In this document: positions 23,201 through 37,415 of the stretch, in pieces
Position numbering within the stretch: the stretch's first letter is position 1
Layout of the letters: each line of letters starts with the position of its first letter
NCBI RefSeq assembly: GCF_964204865.1
Contig: NC_135254.1
Coordinates: 16,182,001 to 16,246,000, forward strand
Length of the DNA stretch: 64,000 bases
Origin: Styela clava
Taxonomy: Eukaryota
Reading direction: 5' to 3'
Position numbers and translations under genes: made by a program
The notes under the pieces: model-generated
The model's input: only the letters and a program-made list of their open reading frames with translations
The model's database searches: none
Told to the model about the DNA's origin: nothing

Positions 23201-26200
23201 ATTTGGTAGTCATTGCAAATGGTACCTAGTAAAAGCCATTGCTAGTTTAAGAAACACTGTTATAACCATTTGTAATTCGAGATATTGCAACATCAAGAAT
23301 GCATGTTCCTAATTCCTATATTCAAAAGGTATAGATTGTCTATCAAAGAAAAATCTATTTATTTCATTAACAGAATGTCGGTTTAAATCAAGTTAGCATC
23401 TCCCCTACATCATGGCAATTGCCAACTCTCTACCTCACATAATTATGGTACGTGAACCTGGGAATGCACACAGCACAGGGTATGATGGCAAGCATAAGGC
23501 ACGCTTTAAACCCTTTTTCTATCAGAAATCGATCGTGCTCCTCAAATGCTGGTGCGCCCATGGATCAGGTAGTGCTTTATGCTTTATTGCCTACACTCAA
23601 AACCAATACTATTCTTTTAAAAACACAGTTACAAACAATAGTATGTTTCTTACGAATAAAATATTGAGATTTTTTGTTGAATGAGCCTTGTATCGTAACC
23701 CGATCCTGAAAAACCATTGCGTCTTACAGCCCGATGCATCTTATGTATGGATAAAACTCCAATCGAAACAATTTATTGACGATGCTCTTGGTCCATAAAA
23801 TTCGATATTCTAAGCACCTGGCATGATGCACGAACTGCCGAGCTGATTTCAAAGATTTCATGAAATCAGACAAAACGAATAGGAATAAATCAATCAATTT
23901 AGATATTCTGATATTTCCGAAACAGAAACATATTGTGACTTGGGTTAATTCCTTCCTATTGTACCATTTCTATATACTAAACTTATATTATAAGTTACCT
24001 AAGCATTGTAATGTTAGACAAAGTTGAGCAGTGGAAGTGTTGTCAGCATAATCTTCTAATTCTCGAATACTTTTAAATCCTTGACCCTCAATGTAGTCTT
24101 CCTTTCAATAGAAAAAGTCATCGCTTAGTTACCAATTACAGTTGAATAAATGAACGAACACATTAACAAATTCATTTCTCATATTCTGATAATTTCAAAG
24201 ACATTTCGATTCACAAAATATCTATGGTCATGGTCAGTGCCAAGGAAAATACTTTCAGAAAATACTTTCATCAAACAAAATAAGGTAATATGGTAAGTAT
24301 TGAAGTAAATATTGTAGTAATAGGCTAGGGTAGGGGTGTGCACCTACGGCAACAGGCATAATCCGGCCAACAGGATTGTGCAGCCCGCGAAACGAGTTTT
24401 TAATTTAGTTAAATCTGGTATGTGCAGGTAATTCCATTCCCATTGTGTTTCAAGGCCTATACCCAAGTCCAATTTATTATCTATGCCTATGACGATGCAC
24501 AGCCCTAACGGCTAGCTTGTGCGAAGCGAACAGAAATGACTAGAAAGCTTATGTTAAATAAAGGTGCGGTTTGTATCTGTCCCTCCTGTATTAAAGGTTG
24601 GGGCTAGGGGTTTCAAAATCAAAAAGTTCCTCTAAGTATGAAACAGAGTTGATTATGCAGATAACCACATGATGAGTAAAGCGTTAGAAGCATATGATGT
24701 CATCGCAGGTTAAAACCCCATGCACATCACTCCACCCAGGGTGAAATAAATTGGGCAAGGCAATGCCGAACCGGTAAGATTTCGGTACTTGTACTTTTCG
24801 GTACAAACTAAGAAACTATAGCATTTACTTTCGGGCTAGTTTGGGGCGACGAAAGGCATACAAATACATCATATAAAAAATTATGCAAGTCACAATTAAT
24901 CCCAATGCAGAATCACGATACCAAACTGATATATAAATTGCTCACTCTTGCTTCTATCATTCGTTTCATCCATATTTTTGAAAGATTATGAGCTGTGATT
25001 GCTCTGTGTAGTTCAAGTGCTACAGGAGACTCTGGTGGTTTCCCATCATAAACTGATTCTAAGCATTGTTTCCAGAAATGCAGTCTCATGTGTCCGATAG
25101 CTACTTCTGATACTGAACCACCGATCTAGAGGCAGAGAAAAGGTAAAAAAGTTTTTTAACCACTGAATGAATGAAAGTTATCATATTGTATCAGGGTATA
25201 GACGGGAGAATATCTACAATCGACTCAAACCAAGTTGGAACTCAGACTCCAGCTCTGAACTCTGATATATGTAAGCCTTCTTGGAAAACTTCTCAATCAA
25301 TAATCACATTATAATTTCTTAGCAAATAACAGCAAAGATTGGTTTATGTGCTTTGATGCCCGCCAAGGCAGATAGATACAAGTTACTACTGAGTGACCCC
25401 AAAAATAAAACCAAGGTCATTTGGAACATATTCTAGAGAGAAAATGGATTTTAGGTGAGGCATCCTAAATTACTGAAACTTTTGGGTACAATCACACAGG
25501 AACAGGAGTTCAAGTGTTAAAATAATTTCTTCAATTTTCATAGAAGTAATTAGGGAACTTCTGTGTTCTGTTTGTTTTTGGTTCACTTATGTATATATGG
25601 GGCAATGCCACATCAGTTCTTTGATTGTTTTCTGTTCGTAGTGTGTCTGTTTCATTTCCAATGCATCTACTCCAAAAAGAGGGGTGACCAACCATATATA
25701 TGCAATACAGCAGTGGTTTTCAACCTTGTTAGCCGAGAGGTACCCCAATGAGACATTTCAGATGCCCAAGGAACCCCAGTGTAATAGTAAACCTTCCATT
25801 TATTGACTGAATTGTATAAACTATACATATATATTTATATTATAGCAAACCTTAAAATGGTAAAACAAAATTATCTTTAAATTTTAGCAAGTTCAATAAT
25901 AGTGGCTAACCTAATAGGTATTTCGTTATATTTAAACAAATACACATATTAATATAGACTTTCGGAGTTGGATGAAAACTAGAGGAACTCTGAGGTGGTT
26001 GACAGCGCTACTGATTGAAAACGCAAAAAAGCTTAGTGTATAATGATAGTAATGAATTATTCCAATCAATTTTGCCTGAAATTTCCACTGCATTCAAATC
26101 ATTGTCAACCCGAAACAAAATTCATGATAACAATTACCAGTGAAGGTCGACGACCTGTGAAAGTTCTGAGTTGAAAGCTCGAATCGCAAACACGGATCTC

Positions 26201-26679
26201 CTGGACGATTTTGGAAGCAGAAGTGATGCTATATAACCTTCCCAATCCCTCTTCCTGAAATAGAGAAAATATGTAAAAAACAGACGAATACAAATTGTCA
26301 TCTTCACTCAATACGAACACCCACTGCGAAGACATTTCTGATTACCTAACGACAGAAAAACGATGAAGTTTATTTCCAAAAATTGTGACATAAGCTACAT
26401 GGGTTTTACAACGGTCCTTCAACTTGTAATAGAAACTGCTTTTTGATCATAAGCACAAAGTAGCACAGAGTCTCAAAAAAATTCAAAGGTTATTCATCTC
26501 AGATAATTGAATATATCATGTCCAACATACCTCCCAAGTTCCATACAATATACTTCATGACTTTGACTTGATGATGTCTTTTGGTTTTGTGAATTCAATA
26601 GTCTTTTGGTTAAATTATTTGAATAATTTGTTCCACATTTCTGCAGGTTTAACCAGTACGATCGAATCACAGTATTCAT
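20204..26679 (-). CDS. NDUFAF6: NADH:ubiquinone oxidoreductase complex I assembly factor 6 (squalene/phytoene synthase fold), 8 exons, about 317 aa
   Basis: complement(join(20204..20332,21653..21730,21875..21955,22904..23037,23999..24101,24946..25125,26155..26254,26531..26679)), 954 nt. Motifs [78 protein letters not shown] and [10 protein letters not shown]. The N-terminus is basic and presequence-like. Confidence 0.95.
20791..21201. mobile_element. hAT MITE in the last NDUFAF6 intron (same family as 50096-50538, opposite orientation)
   Basis: TIRs CAGGGGTCAACAACCT / AGGTTGCCGACCGCTG; 8-bp TSD TTTTAAAG / TCTTAAAG; the body matches the reverse complement of 50096-50538. Confidence 0.85.
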
Positions 26680-27329
26680 TTTTTCCTTTTACAATCTATA
26701 CTCAATAACTACGCTGTGATAATAAAAACAAAAACTGCATTATAAAAGAGTCATGCAAAAGATAAAAGCATCACCAAGCAATACTGGATTCATACTTGAA
26801 TCATACTTATTATGATTAATGATGAAATTGACTCTAAAGTCAAAAGTTAGGACTATCCTCGTACAATTCAACCTCACAAAAGTGAATCAAAAATGTGTTA
26901 AACTAGCAGAATCCACATGCCTGTTTTTTAAAGGAATAATTCCGACCAGCTATGGACCTATGCAATTGTCAATGAATTTACTGAGCAAAGTCACTTCTAT
27001 ATTTCAAGTTAACTAGTCAGAATGCTAAATAAACAATACATGGAGGACGGCCATCCTACATATGATTTAGTTCAATATTTTATTTTGTTACTAACGAAAA
27101 TTGTTGAAATTCAATCTATAAAAGACAGCAATACCAGTATTTTTTTTTTATATAGGATAATCACGCCAGTTGCTTCGAACATAATTACCCTTAAATTGAA
27201 ATCAGATTTTCAGTAACCCATAAATTGAGATAAGCTCAGTAAAAATATAATGTTATGGGAATGGCACAATCTACAATATCAATACAAATATAACATAATA
27301 GAAAAAGTATCCTGATAGCAAGAAGAATA

Positions 27330-27657
27330 CAGAGAGTCCTCGACTTACGACGATGTTCCGTTCTCGAGACGCGGTGTCACCCGAATTTCAGTGTAAGTCG
27401 GAACATTATTCTGTACAGTACATAAATTACTCTATATGGTACTGTAATAAAATGTACGAATAATCCAAAAAAGTACTTTATTAAAAAACAGAAAACAATT
27501 CCATATCACATGAATAATACGAAATACTGTACAGTACAGTATTATCTTTTATATTTTTTATGGAGTGCGTTCGTAACCTCGAAACAGAGTTATAGAGTGC
27601 GCGTTCGTAACCCCGAAACAGCGTAAGTCGCGACCGTCGTAACCCGAGGACTCCCTG
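27330..27657. mobile_element. Tc1/pogo (Tigger-like) MITE
   Basis: TIRs CAGAGAGTCCTCGACTTACGACG / CGTCGTAACCCGAGGACTCCCTG flanked by TA on both sides, with internal repeats of GCGTTCGTAACC.CGAAACAG. Confidence 0.85.
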
Positions 27658-29089
27658 TACACCAATAATATAATAACTTCTTAAAAAAAAAAATATACAG
27701 AAAAATTTGAAAAACATAAATATCTATATAGGTTAGGTAGAGTTGGAGTAGACATCCAACAACTGCAATGCTAATTGCATCTTCCTGAGTGAAATGAGAC
27801 TGCCAAAAATTCTGACACACAATAGATATACATAATTATGCAGAAGAATATGCAAATCAATCGGACTTCTAATTAAGATAATTGTAATCATTTTGCTTTC
27901 AGTTTTGAGGGTTACAAATCAAAGTGGCAAATGTTGAAATATGGATTTTAAAAGAATTTTTAGCCGAATGCTTACGAAAAAATTAGGCAGTATGTAGGCT
28001 GGTATCCAATGATGGTTCGAAACAATACTCACTGTAGTATTTCAATAAAAAAGTACAGAAGTATAAAAATCGAAAACATTTTTTTCAAAAACGTATTTTT
28101 GAAGTTTCGCTCTTTTGAGGTAATCAAAGCCCTCAAAAAACATTGCAGCAAAAAAGACTCAATTAGAATACTAGAATGACTATGAAACATAATTAATGAA
28201 GAACGCCTTGTAGATAGACATGCTCATGTGATGTTGATCATAAAACAAGAGAGCATTGCTCATTTATATGGCCATGGATGTCAAATGGCCAAACATTATA
28301 TACTAGTTGCTTATACTGCCTTTGCAGAAATCTGATATGGTTCTTCCTCAACAACAACAATAAGTTTGCAAAATGATTCATATGTAACCTTCGTGTCCAA
28401 TAACCTAGTCTATAGAATACAATAATACATTTGAAAATATATCAACTGAATATATGTGCTGTACATGCAATATATATATAATAACAAATACATATTTATA
28501 ACAATAGTAATTACAATAATTACAATATAATTTGTTTGCAAATGACTGGCAGATTGAGTAAAAACAAGAATCCAGTAAAACTGAGTAAGAATTGTGTTCA
28601 TTGCTCACATTTGATTTCTGCAATGTTTTAATAAAATTAAGAACAACTGCATACATAAAAATAACATAGAATAGCCTACAAGGCTACAACATAAAATATT
28701 AGAACTTAAATTTCCAAATCAATAATCATAGAATGCAACACAACATAACGAGTCAAAATATCTAACACAATTTGCCACTGATATTTAGTAACAAGAAATC
28801 TTATATGCGGATGGAATGAAAATAATGCCATTGGATACGGAGGTCAAGAATCAATTTTGGTCAATTACAATGTAAATCACAAGATCGAACCAGTTTTATA
28901 AAATCCAAATTCCCTGACAACTTGAGAAACCATTTTTATAGAAGAATTTTGAATGCAAAATTTACTGTATAATAGCTTGTAGGTTTCTTGTATAATTTTT
29001 TCTCTTATAAATATAACAAATGGCGACATGTGAAAAATATCTTGAATCAAATCTTTCATGAGGAAAAAATACCAAAATTCAAGAAAAAG

Positions 29090-32000
29090 TTAAACAGCAG
29101 TGCCCTGGGGCACACGAAGTGCAGGACCAACATTAATATGAGCTCTTCCAACTGCGTTAGAAGCTTGAGGTCCACATCTGAGGGAAGGCTAATGAAGAAA
29201 AGAAATAATGAATTGATTAAGATTAGATTGTTATAATAAGTATGTTGTTTACAATTACTGACATAAAAAAAATGGATGGGTACATGAATGGTTAGAGCAG
29301 CAACAGCCAACCGGGGCAAGTGGCAATAATGTTAGGCGCAGAACCGATTTTACTTTTCACTATACCAGAAAACTCCCAGTTCTTGCTATTTCCATTACTT
29401 GATAATGTAATTTCACAATCACAGGGTAATTACACATTGTTGAGCATGAATTGATTGAACACCAATCAAAGTAACACTTTAAATACCACTGGAATGATAA
29501 ACAGGGGGTCATGATTGTTAAAAGTCCGACACAAGCCATAAAAGGCTGGGAATCACTGGACTAAAGAGTAAAAATATGGAAAACAATAAAATTTAAGACG
29601 AAATACAAGATCCATAGTGAAATTCCAAAATTCTTCTGAAAGTCAAAAATCAAGATTTAAAATTTTCAACCGACAAAAATGGAATACGTTTTCATGACGA
29701 AAATTTGGTTAATGTTATCCTGAAGTCTGAAATCAATTTTTTTAACCAGCATTCAGGATCAGATTCTTGAACGACTCTGAGAATAATAGAGCCATGACAA
29801 TTTTTCAAGTACCACAACCTTGGTCTTGAGTTGTATTTATTTTCACCCAACAAGGATGTCAAAAATATGAAGAATTTAGGAATTAGGTACCAAACCCCTA
29901 AAAGGCAAAATCAAATTACCTGGGGTCCATTTCTGTTGGAGGCATTCGGACCTGCAGGACGTATACGAGTAGTCTGTAACAATGAATAATTCGGTCCATT
30001 CGCCAATGATGGATCAGGTCCAGATGGAGTTATTCGATTAGGTGATACATAGCTGGCAGGCAGAGTTTTTCTTTATAAATAACAAATATGTAGTTAGAAA
30101 ATAAGGTTTTATTGCTCAAAAGTTTGTGGAAACTTATAATAAAAAAATGTAGTCTTAAGGTATTTGAACTTTACTTAATACCCCACACAAAACCCTTTAG
30201 AACACCATGAAGATTGCGACAACGAATTCCGCGGATCAACGCTAAATTACCTGATTATGGGAACTCGTTTAGCAGGTAGATAATCTCTCAAATGCTCATA
30301 TTTCGGTGTCTCAATCTTTGGTGTTAATTTGGTTGTAGATGTTGTTGACGCGTTTGTTGTTGTGCTAAAGGTTGTTGTTGTTTTTACAGGTGACGATTTC
30401 TTTTTCCTTTCGTCCTCCTCTTCAGCTCCAAAAATCACAGGACTGGACGTTGTGAAATTTAACAATATTAACAAAATTTGACTGCGATCTACTATATTAT
30501 TTCTACTCAAATCCATGTTCAAGAAGCAAGTATACAAATACAGGTATGGTACATTTTTCAATACTCTCGTAGTATGTGTTAGGGTTAGGCCATAATTTTA
30601 TTCCGGATTTCCTCATTTTAGTTCTATTACGAGTTCAGGGACCGTCTGTGTTAGCCAAGTGAATATACTCTCTGCCCACAGGTTTCAGTTCTTTTACACA
30701 ACTTGATGTAAAATAGGCAAACAAAATTAGTTATCTCCATATTGGTACACATACTTCGTACTTCTGGAGGGCCCATTTTTCACTCCTTGTTTTAACAATA
30801 ATACTACTTACGCAAAACTAGTCGAAGTTGAGTAGCTAGTCTCAGTAGTTGAAGAAGGGTATTTTGTGGAAGTAGATGCACTAGATGTGGCATAGGACTT
30901 CTTTGATTTCACAGACTCAATGGATGATTTCAGGACAACTGAAAAAGAATATTAAGAAAATTTCTTATTTATTTTCCGTTCACCGTAAAATGTATTTTAC
31001 GCAAACAAAACTGGAGGTCACATAAACTTTTGGAAAATTTCTATTAGCATAATTCGGATTAAAAATTACTGTGTTTCCTCTTGCATTGGCATTTTGATAC
31101 AAAAATCATTATTTATGTCTTTGGCAATTGGCATGAATGAAAAATTTCTCGTACAATGAATCTATTTATATTTCAAGATAGAAAAATAGTCCAATACTTC
31201 AATAAACCAGCGATTCCCAACCAGAAAAAATTTCATGTTTTTTTTGGCAGGGGGGGGGAAGATATTTCACTTCGCATTTGTGTGTAGTATTGCTAACATT
31301 CTTCACTTGAAGAGTATTATTGTAATACACATTACTTATGACACACATTATAAACAAAAGCGAGAGCGCAAGCACACATCGCTAGCTAAAGATCTACTAA
31401 GGGTTGAACATCAAGCGAAAAAAAAAGGACTTTATATGGACCGACAATAAAACTATTGGAAAAATCTAAATTATTCTAGTTGCCTTTAGAGAGAATGGTT
31501 TATATCATCAAACAAAATTTATACTATTAATATGAGCAGTAAATATCTCATCTATATTGTTCAAACAATAATAATCTTATACCTGCAGCAAGCTTAACAT
31601 CATAGTCAGTTCCTTGTAGTGATAACTCAATGAGAGATTTGTCAAGTGTCGGAAACTGTTTTCTTAGCTCTTCGTTCCCTAAAAAGAAAAATATAATTTT
31701 GCAGATGACATATTTTAATTATACATTCACAAAGTTGAACATAACTCGAATTAGAATATATTCGATAAGCTACACTATAATTCCTCATAGTCTCAGTAGA
31801 TCTTGGATTTTTACCAGTCTACAGCAACTCCGCACAGAGATTTATGTACGTCCTCATTAATTTCGGATTGAGTGTACGTGCTAATATCCCCCACCCCCCT
31901 TGTACTTATTACTAAATGAACATATTGTCATCAATATACTTACTTTGTCTCTTTGTGTGCTCACTCAGTTTTGCCGGTTTTGATGGTGAAGTGGATGAAG

Positions 32001-35000
32001 TTGCTTTCTTAGCTGTGGATGGACGGGACACTGAAAAGCAGGAAATATTAGTATACAAACAAAAGAAAAAATAATTACAATACTTTTTTCCCCCTCAAAG
32101 ACAAGCTGACCTATCTATCCACCAGAAACTGGGCCAGGGTTGGCATGGCAATTGGCAATAATAATAATACAGAATGACCAGAAAATAAAATCCATAAAAC
32201 GTTAATTACCTATAAAAATGAGAAAACTTCATTTAATATTTAAGAATTTGAACTATAGTTTGTGTATGATTGTACCCAAACGATTATGTCCCAATCTGGG
32301 ACACTTCCTACAAAATTTATGTTCCAATATATATATGTTCCAAATAATCTGGGTTGTGTTTCTGGGGTGTCAGCCACAGCTACTATTTCAATGTTACAGA
32401 TGCATTAATATAAAATGCGAATACTGCAAATAGTAGATTACTTTAACCACCCTGACAGCCCCTTCACACACATATTGTGAAATAATAACCAGTGGCGCAG
32501 CCAGGGAAAATTGTGGCTGCGTCCCTGTTTATAACCATGCAATGACGAAAACTAATGTAATTTCATTGAAAGAACACCAAAAAGTACTCAATAAGTACCG
32601 GTACTGCAAACTTTTGCATTCTACCTTTTTATTTAATTCATATCTACCATTGCAATGCAATTACCAATTTAAATATTTTTATTACTGACCTGGCTGTGAT
32701 GCTGGTTTTAAAGTTGCTTTTTTTACTGGACTTTGAGGTGTCTTCTTATACCCCATTGCTTCAAGACTTGCACGAGCACCTTGGAAGCTATTATTGGTGC
32801 TAACAAGAATCTCCCTGTAAGTCAGTATAGTATAATAAAGTATGATTGAAATTTCAACGAAATACAATATCATAAAGTTACGGGTGTTTCATGCAGTGTT
32901 GGTCGAAGTCCCTGAACACTGAGTCGTGAGTAAAGTCGATCACAATCTCCCGAGTCTGGAAACGAGTCCATCAGTTAATTCTCACAAGCAGTTAGTTGAT
33001 GACCAGTCCAAGTCATTCTATTTAGAACACTCGAGTCAATTCGAGTCTTCGCTAAATGGTGACTCTAGTAAAGTCGAGTCACTGACTCAAGCTTTCCCAA
33101 CACTGGTTCCATATACTATTGCAAAATGATAACAATAAGCAACAGAACAGTTTGCCGATATCGCATCGACTAACTAATTTATTACAGTTAATCCGGATGG
33201 GTTTTAAACTGAGATGTGGACAAATGAATTCACTGGCATGATTCTGAATATTACCTCAAAAAATAAATATCGGGTGTCACACCTAATTAATCGGCCACGC
33301 AACAATATCAAGATGATAGATCAGGCTTTTTTGAAATGATACTTGATCTACTTACATTGCTACCAGGGCATGGGGAGCGGATTAGAAATCACAACTGCTC
33401 TGGCGCCACAGTATATTTACCATGTGGCACGGATTCCCAGTCCTGGTTGCTATTTGTTTGGAGTTTTGCTATGAGCAAAAAATATAGAATATAATCAAAT
33501 GCTTACTTTATTACATCCTCAGACGCAGTTGGATATTGACCTTTTAGTGATGCTACAAAATGTTGTTTTGGAACAACAGTCTTTGAAAAAATAAAGAGAG
33601 CATTGGAAAGAATATGATATAAATTAAATTCACAATATTTTACATCTATCGTCTGACATTCATTTAAGAAAAAAACAGTTCAGATCAAATAAAAAATATA
33701 AAATTGGGATATTTATTTATTAAAATTAAAAATTTTGAGAGATTACTAATAAGATATTCTAAGATATTACTAATCAAACTAGCCATAGGTGAGTTATGCA
33801 ATTTCACAAATTAAATTCAAGCGCAATACTCGAATAACAATATAATGATAATTTGTGCATTGTGCAACCTGTATATTTATTGCTGATCTATATTCTTGCT
33901 GTGATCAAATTCTCCCAGAACCAAAAGAATAGTACAATTTAAAGCAGACTTTCGACAATACACACTTATGAAAAAATAGTAAAATTCAAAAGAAAATTGA
34001 ATTTCTGCAACACTACACACATATGTCATACTCATAATTAGGAATATTCATAATCTATAAAGTTTGTTATTCAGAATTCAGAAGTATTTTTTTTCTCAGA
34101 TATCACTGCAAAAATGGCAAAAAGCATAGGAGCAACAATAGTTTGACATAACATAACAAGATATTAATAACCGAATTCCTTTGTACATTCATTATGCATG
34201 ATATCAGAAAATTATTAAATCAAATTGTTGCAATTGCCGTACATACAAAATAGGACTTTTCTTACCGATTTCTTCCGATATCCTTTCTCATGCAACGTTC
34301 TTCTCACCGACTCAACATTGTTCATGTATACTCGAAGCAAACTCCTGGAGAATAACGAATTATAAGTTTTTATAAACGATCAAATACTGAAATTTGAAAA
34401 TTCAATCCCATATCTGATCAGGTTTTTACACATACATCGAACCTAATATCCAAAATTACCGTATGATACAGAATACAGAGTGAACCCGAAAAAACAAAAC
34501 CCATAAATTTCTCAATTGCTGCTATGGAAATTCATATTTAACCCATGAACTTATGTTTGTGTTATTGTGTATGATTGTACCTGTAATTTTCAGTAATCCA
34601 GGATGGTTTGCACAAAAGTTACTCTCTCTCTAGAATACATTCCAAATGACCTGGGTTCTATTTTTTTTTATCACCATGTTCTTTTAAATATGCTATATAA
34701 TATAATACTTTACTTTAAAAGAAACTAAAATTTGAGCGCCATTGTTTTCTTGTTGAAATTTCCTATAGTGGAGAAAAGTCTTCATATATTTTTAAAACTG
34801 ATATAGAGATTTTCTCACAAAATTGTCGATAGAAATACAAGGAAAATCGATAGTGTAGGTTTCCTAATTGTACAAGTCTGATACAATTTAAGTATAAAAA
34901 GATTGAAAGATAATCATACTGAATATATTCTTCCGTAACACCTTCATATTCTGACATTATAGTCTTTACATTCTGGGCGTTGTTGTCAATAAAACTTGTT

Positions 35001-37415
35001 GTAGTCAATTTTGGAACAGCGGTTGGTGCAGGACGATTGTATTGAGCCTGAAAAACGAAAACAAACTAGAATATATAAAATTAAAAGTAGGATAAGAAAT
35101 TCTAAAAAATAGCTAAATACCAGTTTCTCTCACAGTATCAAGAAATAAAATAGCATGAAATTTAAATTAAAGTTAGGTGAAATAAGTGTTTTCTAGTCCT
35201 AGTGACTGCAATAGATTCATATTACTAGCGTATTCACTCTTAGAAAAAACAGGAAGATGTCTGTCACTCTGACAGCTTGTTAAAGAGGTTCGAAACTGAA
35301 AAAAGTTGGGTATCAAATATCTACCTACACACACAATCATGTATTTTTATTTATTTCTCTAGTAACTTAGTAACACATTTATAATATAGTCATGTTTTTC
35401 TTATCAATCATATATAAGTATTACCTCCATTTGGATTATGAAGTCAAACAAAATAGCCTATAGGGATTTCATTGACCCCAAAATTTGTCATTATCAGAAT
35501 ATTTATTACTTTTTATCAGTAGTTTTCAAACGCTATCATGCAGCAAGTTTGTGATACAAGATAAGCATTGCAAATTATCTATATTCTAAATGACCACCAG
35601 TTCATGGCAGCAATTCTCAAGGAAAACAAATTCATGTTTCATTCATTCATGCTTAATTTGTAGTTTTTAGAATAAAAGTATTCTAAGGAGAGTTCCATTG
35701 ATAATTTCTCTGGACCAAAGTTCGAAAAAAGTTTGATGTGGTCCAATCCCCAAAACCTTTTGCCTACATAATGGTTAACAGCTAGTTTGTAACTTAATCA
35801 TTGATTTGATGATTGTGCAAAATGCATGACATATAGGCATGTGATTTTTGTACAACCAAAAAAATTAAAATTTTACGATTCAGCTCCGGTATTTAAATTA
35901 TTTCTCCAGTGCTACTAATTTGGGTGTAAATCAAATAGAAGGCAAAAATTAAACAGACCTCCTTCGTATACCGTTTGAGAACTACTCCTTCACTTTTTGG
36001 CATTGTCTAAGTAAATCAATAACCCAATTTTCAGCAAATCGCCAATAAAACCACAACCTCTCCGGCTTTTATCAGCAATTCATCAATTACGAAACATGGG
36101 TGAACAAAATTTTGCTAATGATCAACCAAATTATTCAACAGACTGCCAGTCTAAACCTTCTCACATTACTAAAGATGGCCGAATAACTTTCTCTCCAAGA
36201 TGTACGAATAGAGATGATTTTTCACATTACTAAGTATGGCCAAATAACATTATGTACAAATGTACAAGATGTACAAATACAGATTCTGAGTTCTAGCAAT
36301 GTTTGTACATAAGAAAGGGTTTATTTACATTGCTGTTACTTATTATCCAACAACCATATTTGATACAAAAATCTGCTGTAGTTGTGTTTAATTAGTGATT
36401 CATTTGATTTACGCAATGTAACTATCACTGACTAGTGACTAGTCTATTAAGGGCAATACCAACGAAGCATAAAAAGGGAGATACTCCTACAGTACCAGAT
36501 CATGGATCCATAACAGCTAAGAATAGAGACACTGTACAGCAAAAATGTATGTTAGACATAAGTTATAAAAAATTCAGGTATATATCAAAAAGAGTATCTG
36601 AATATGATTGCGATAGGCTTATTTTATAAACGTATAGCCAGGGATGACCATTTCCTAATAATTCACTTTTCGATAAATCAGATTATTTTTTCAAAGGAAT
36701 CCAATTGGTGATGTTTTTTAGTTGCACTTCTTTGATAGTTTGTTTGGAGGCCCAGACTGTCTCATAAAGAAGGGGTTCGCAATCACTGTTATAATTGATG
36801 TCTTTTAATGTGGGGACCATTCCTGGAATCGGAGAACTGTGTCCGACTGGATAGTTAAACATCAGATGCTAGTTGTGCAGAATTCTATTTTTCAAATGAA
36901 AGTATTCTAAATTCTGACTGAAATAAAATATTTACAATCCCAAATATAGCTAATTTCAAATGTACTCGAATTTTGGTATTTCTGTATTTAGTGCAGGGAC
37001 ATCGCTGTATTGTCACTATACAGACTTTTCATGCTACAAATATTTCGCTCCACAATTTTTTGTGGGCCAAGACTGCAAGAGGTGAAATGAAAGTAGTCTA
37101 TGCAAAGGCTGAATGTCTACCTGCAGCCGACAAACCACAAAAGTTGTTAACATAAACATATTGCGGTTTGGTTAATTTGAGTTATCATTCGACCAATTCA
37201 CCAAATAAAACAATATACCGATACAGATATAGGATTCATACCACATTTGCTACTGGAGCCTCCCATTGTGTCGTCTTGGTTGCATGGTTAATGTAAAACC
37301 ATCTGCTACTTCCAGGATCCCATTTTGCTTCCCATCCAGGAGGAAGTCGAGGTTGCTGTTGCTGTAATTGGTTCCAGCCTGCTTGTTGGTTGTACTGTTT
37401 ATTATAAGGATACAT
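29090..37415 (-). CDS. Uncharacterised WW-domain protein with three CUE/UBA-like helical repeats, Ser/Thr-rich linker and C-terminal Gly-Pro repeats, about 459 aa
   Basis: complement(join(29090..29188,29920..30070,30251..30442,30812..30938,31583..31678,31944..32030,32690..32814,33507..33580,34266..34344,34920..35047,35959..36006,37242..37415)), all phases consistent. WW domain LPPGWEAKWDPGSSRWFYINHATKTTQWEAP; CUE-like segments LKGQYPTASEDVIKEILVSTNNSFQGARASL and LRKQFPTLDKSLIELSLQGTDYDVKLAA; tail with GPDPS, GPNYS, GPNAS, GPQPS and GPQAS. Confidence 0.85.
30562..30773. mobile_element. MITE related to the TTAGGG-containing family
   Basis: Begins TACTCTCGTAGTATGTGTTAGGGTTAGGCCATAATTTTATTCC, as in the 42560 and 61501 copies. 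The body matches 41420-41580. Confidence 0.7.
32894..33105. mobile_element. hAT-like MITE rich in GAGTC/GACTC motifs
   Basis: TIRs CAGTGTTGG / CCAACACTG; imperfect 8-bp TSD GTTTCATG / GTTCCATA. A related copy ends at about 61439. Confidence 0.7.

Noticed and set aside
23416-23437. Minus-strand TGAGGTAGAGAGTTGG in an NDUFAF6 intron resembles the let-7 5' end
   Set aside because: Only about 9 bp of a potential stem pair and the seed region has no complementary arm, so it is not a credible pre-miRNA.
36159-36290. Imperfect duplication of about 60 bp in a WW-gene intron
   Set aside because: An ordinary local tandem duplication with no repeat-spacer structure.
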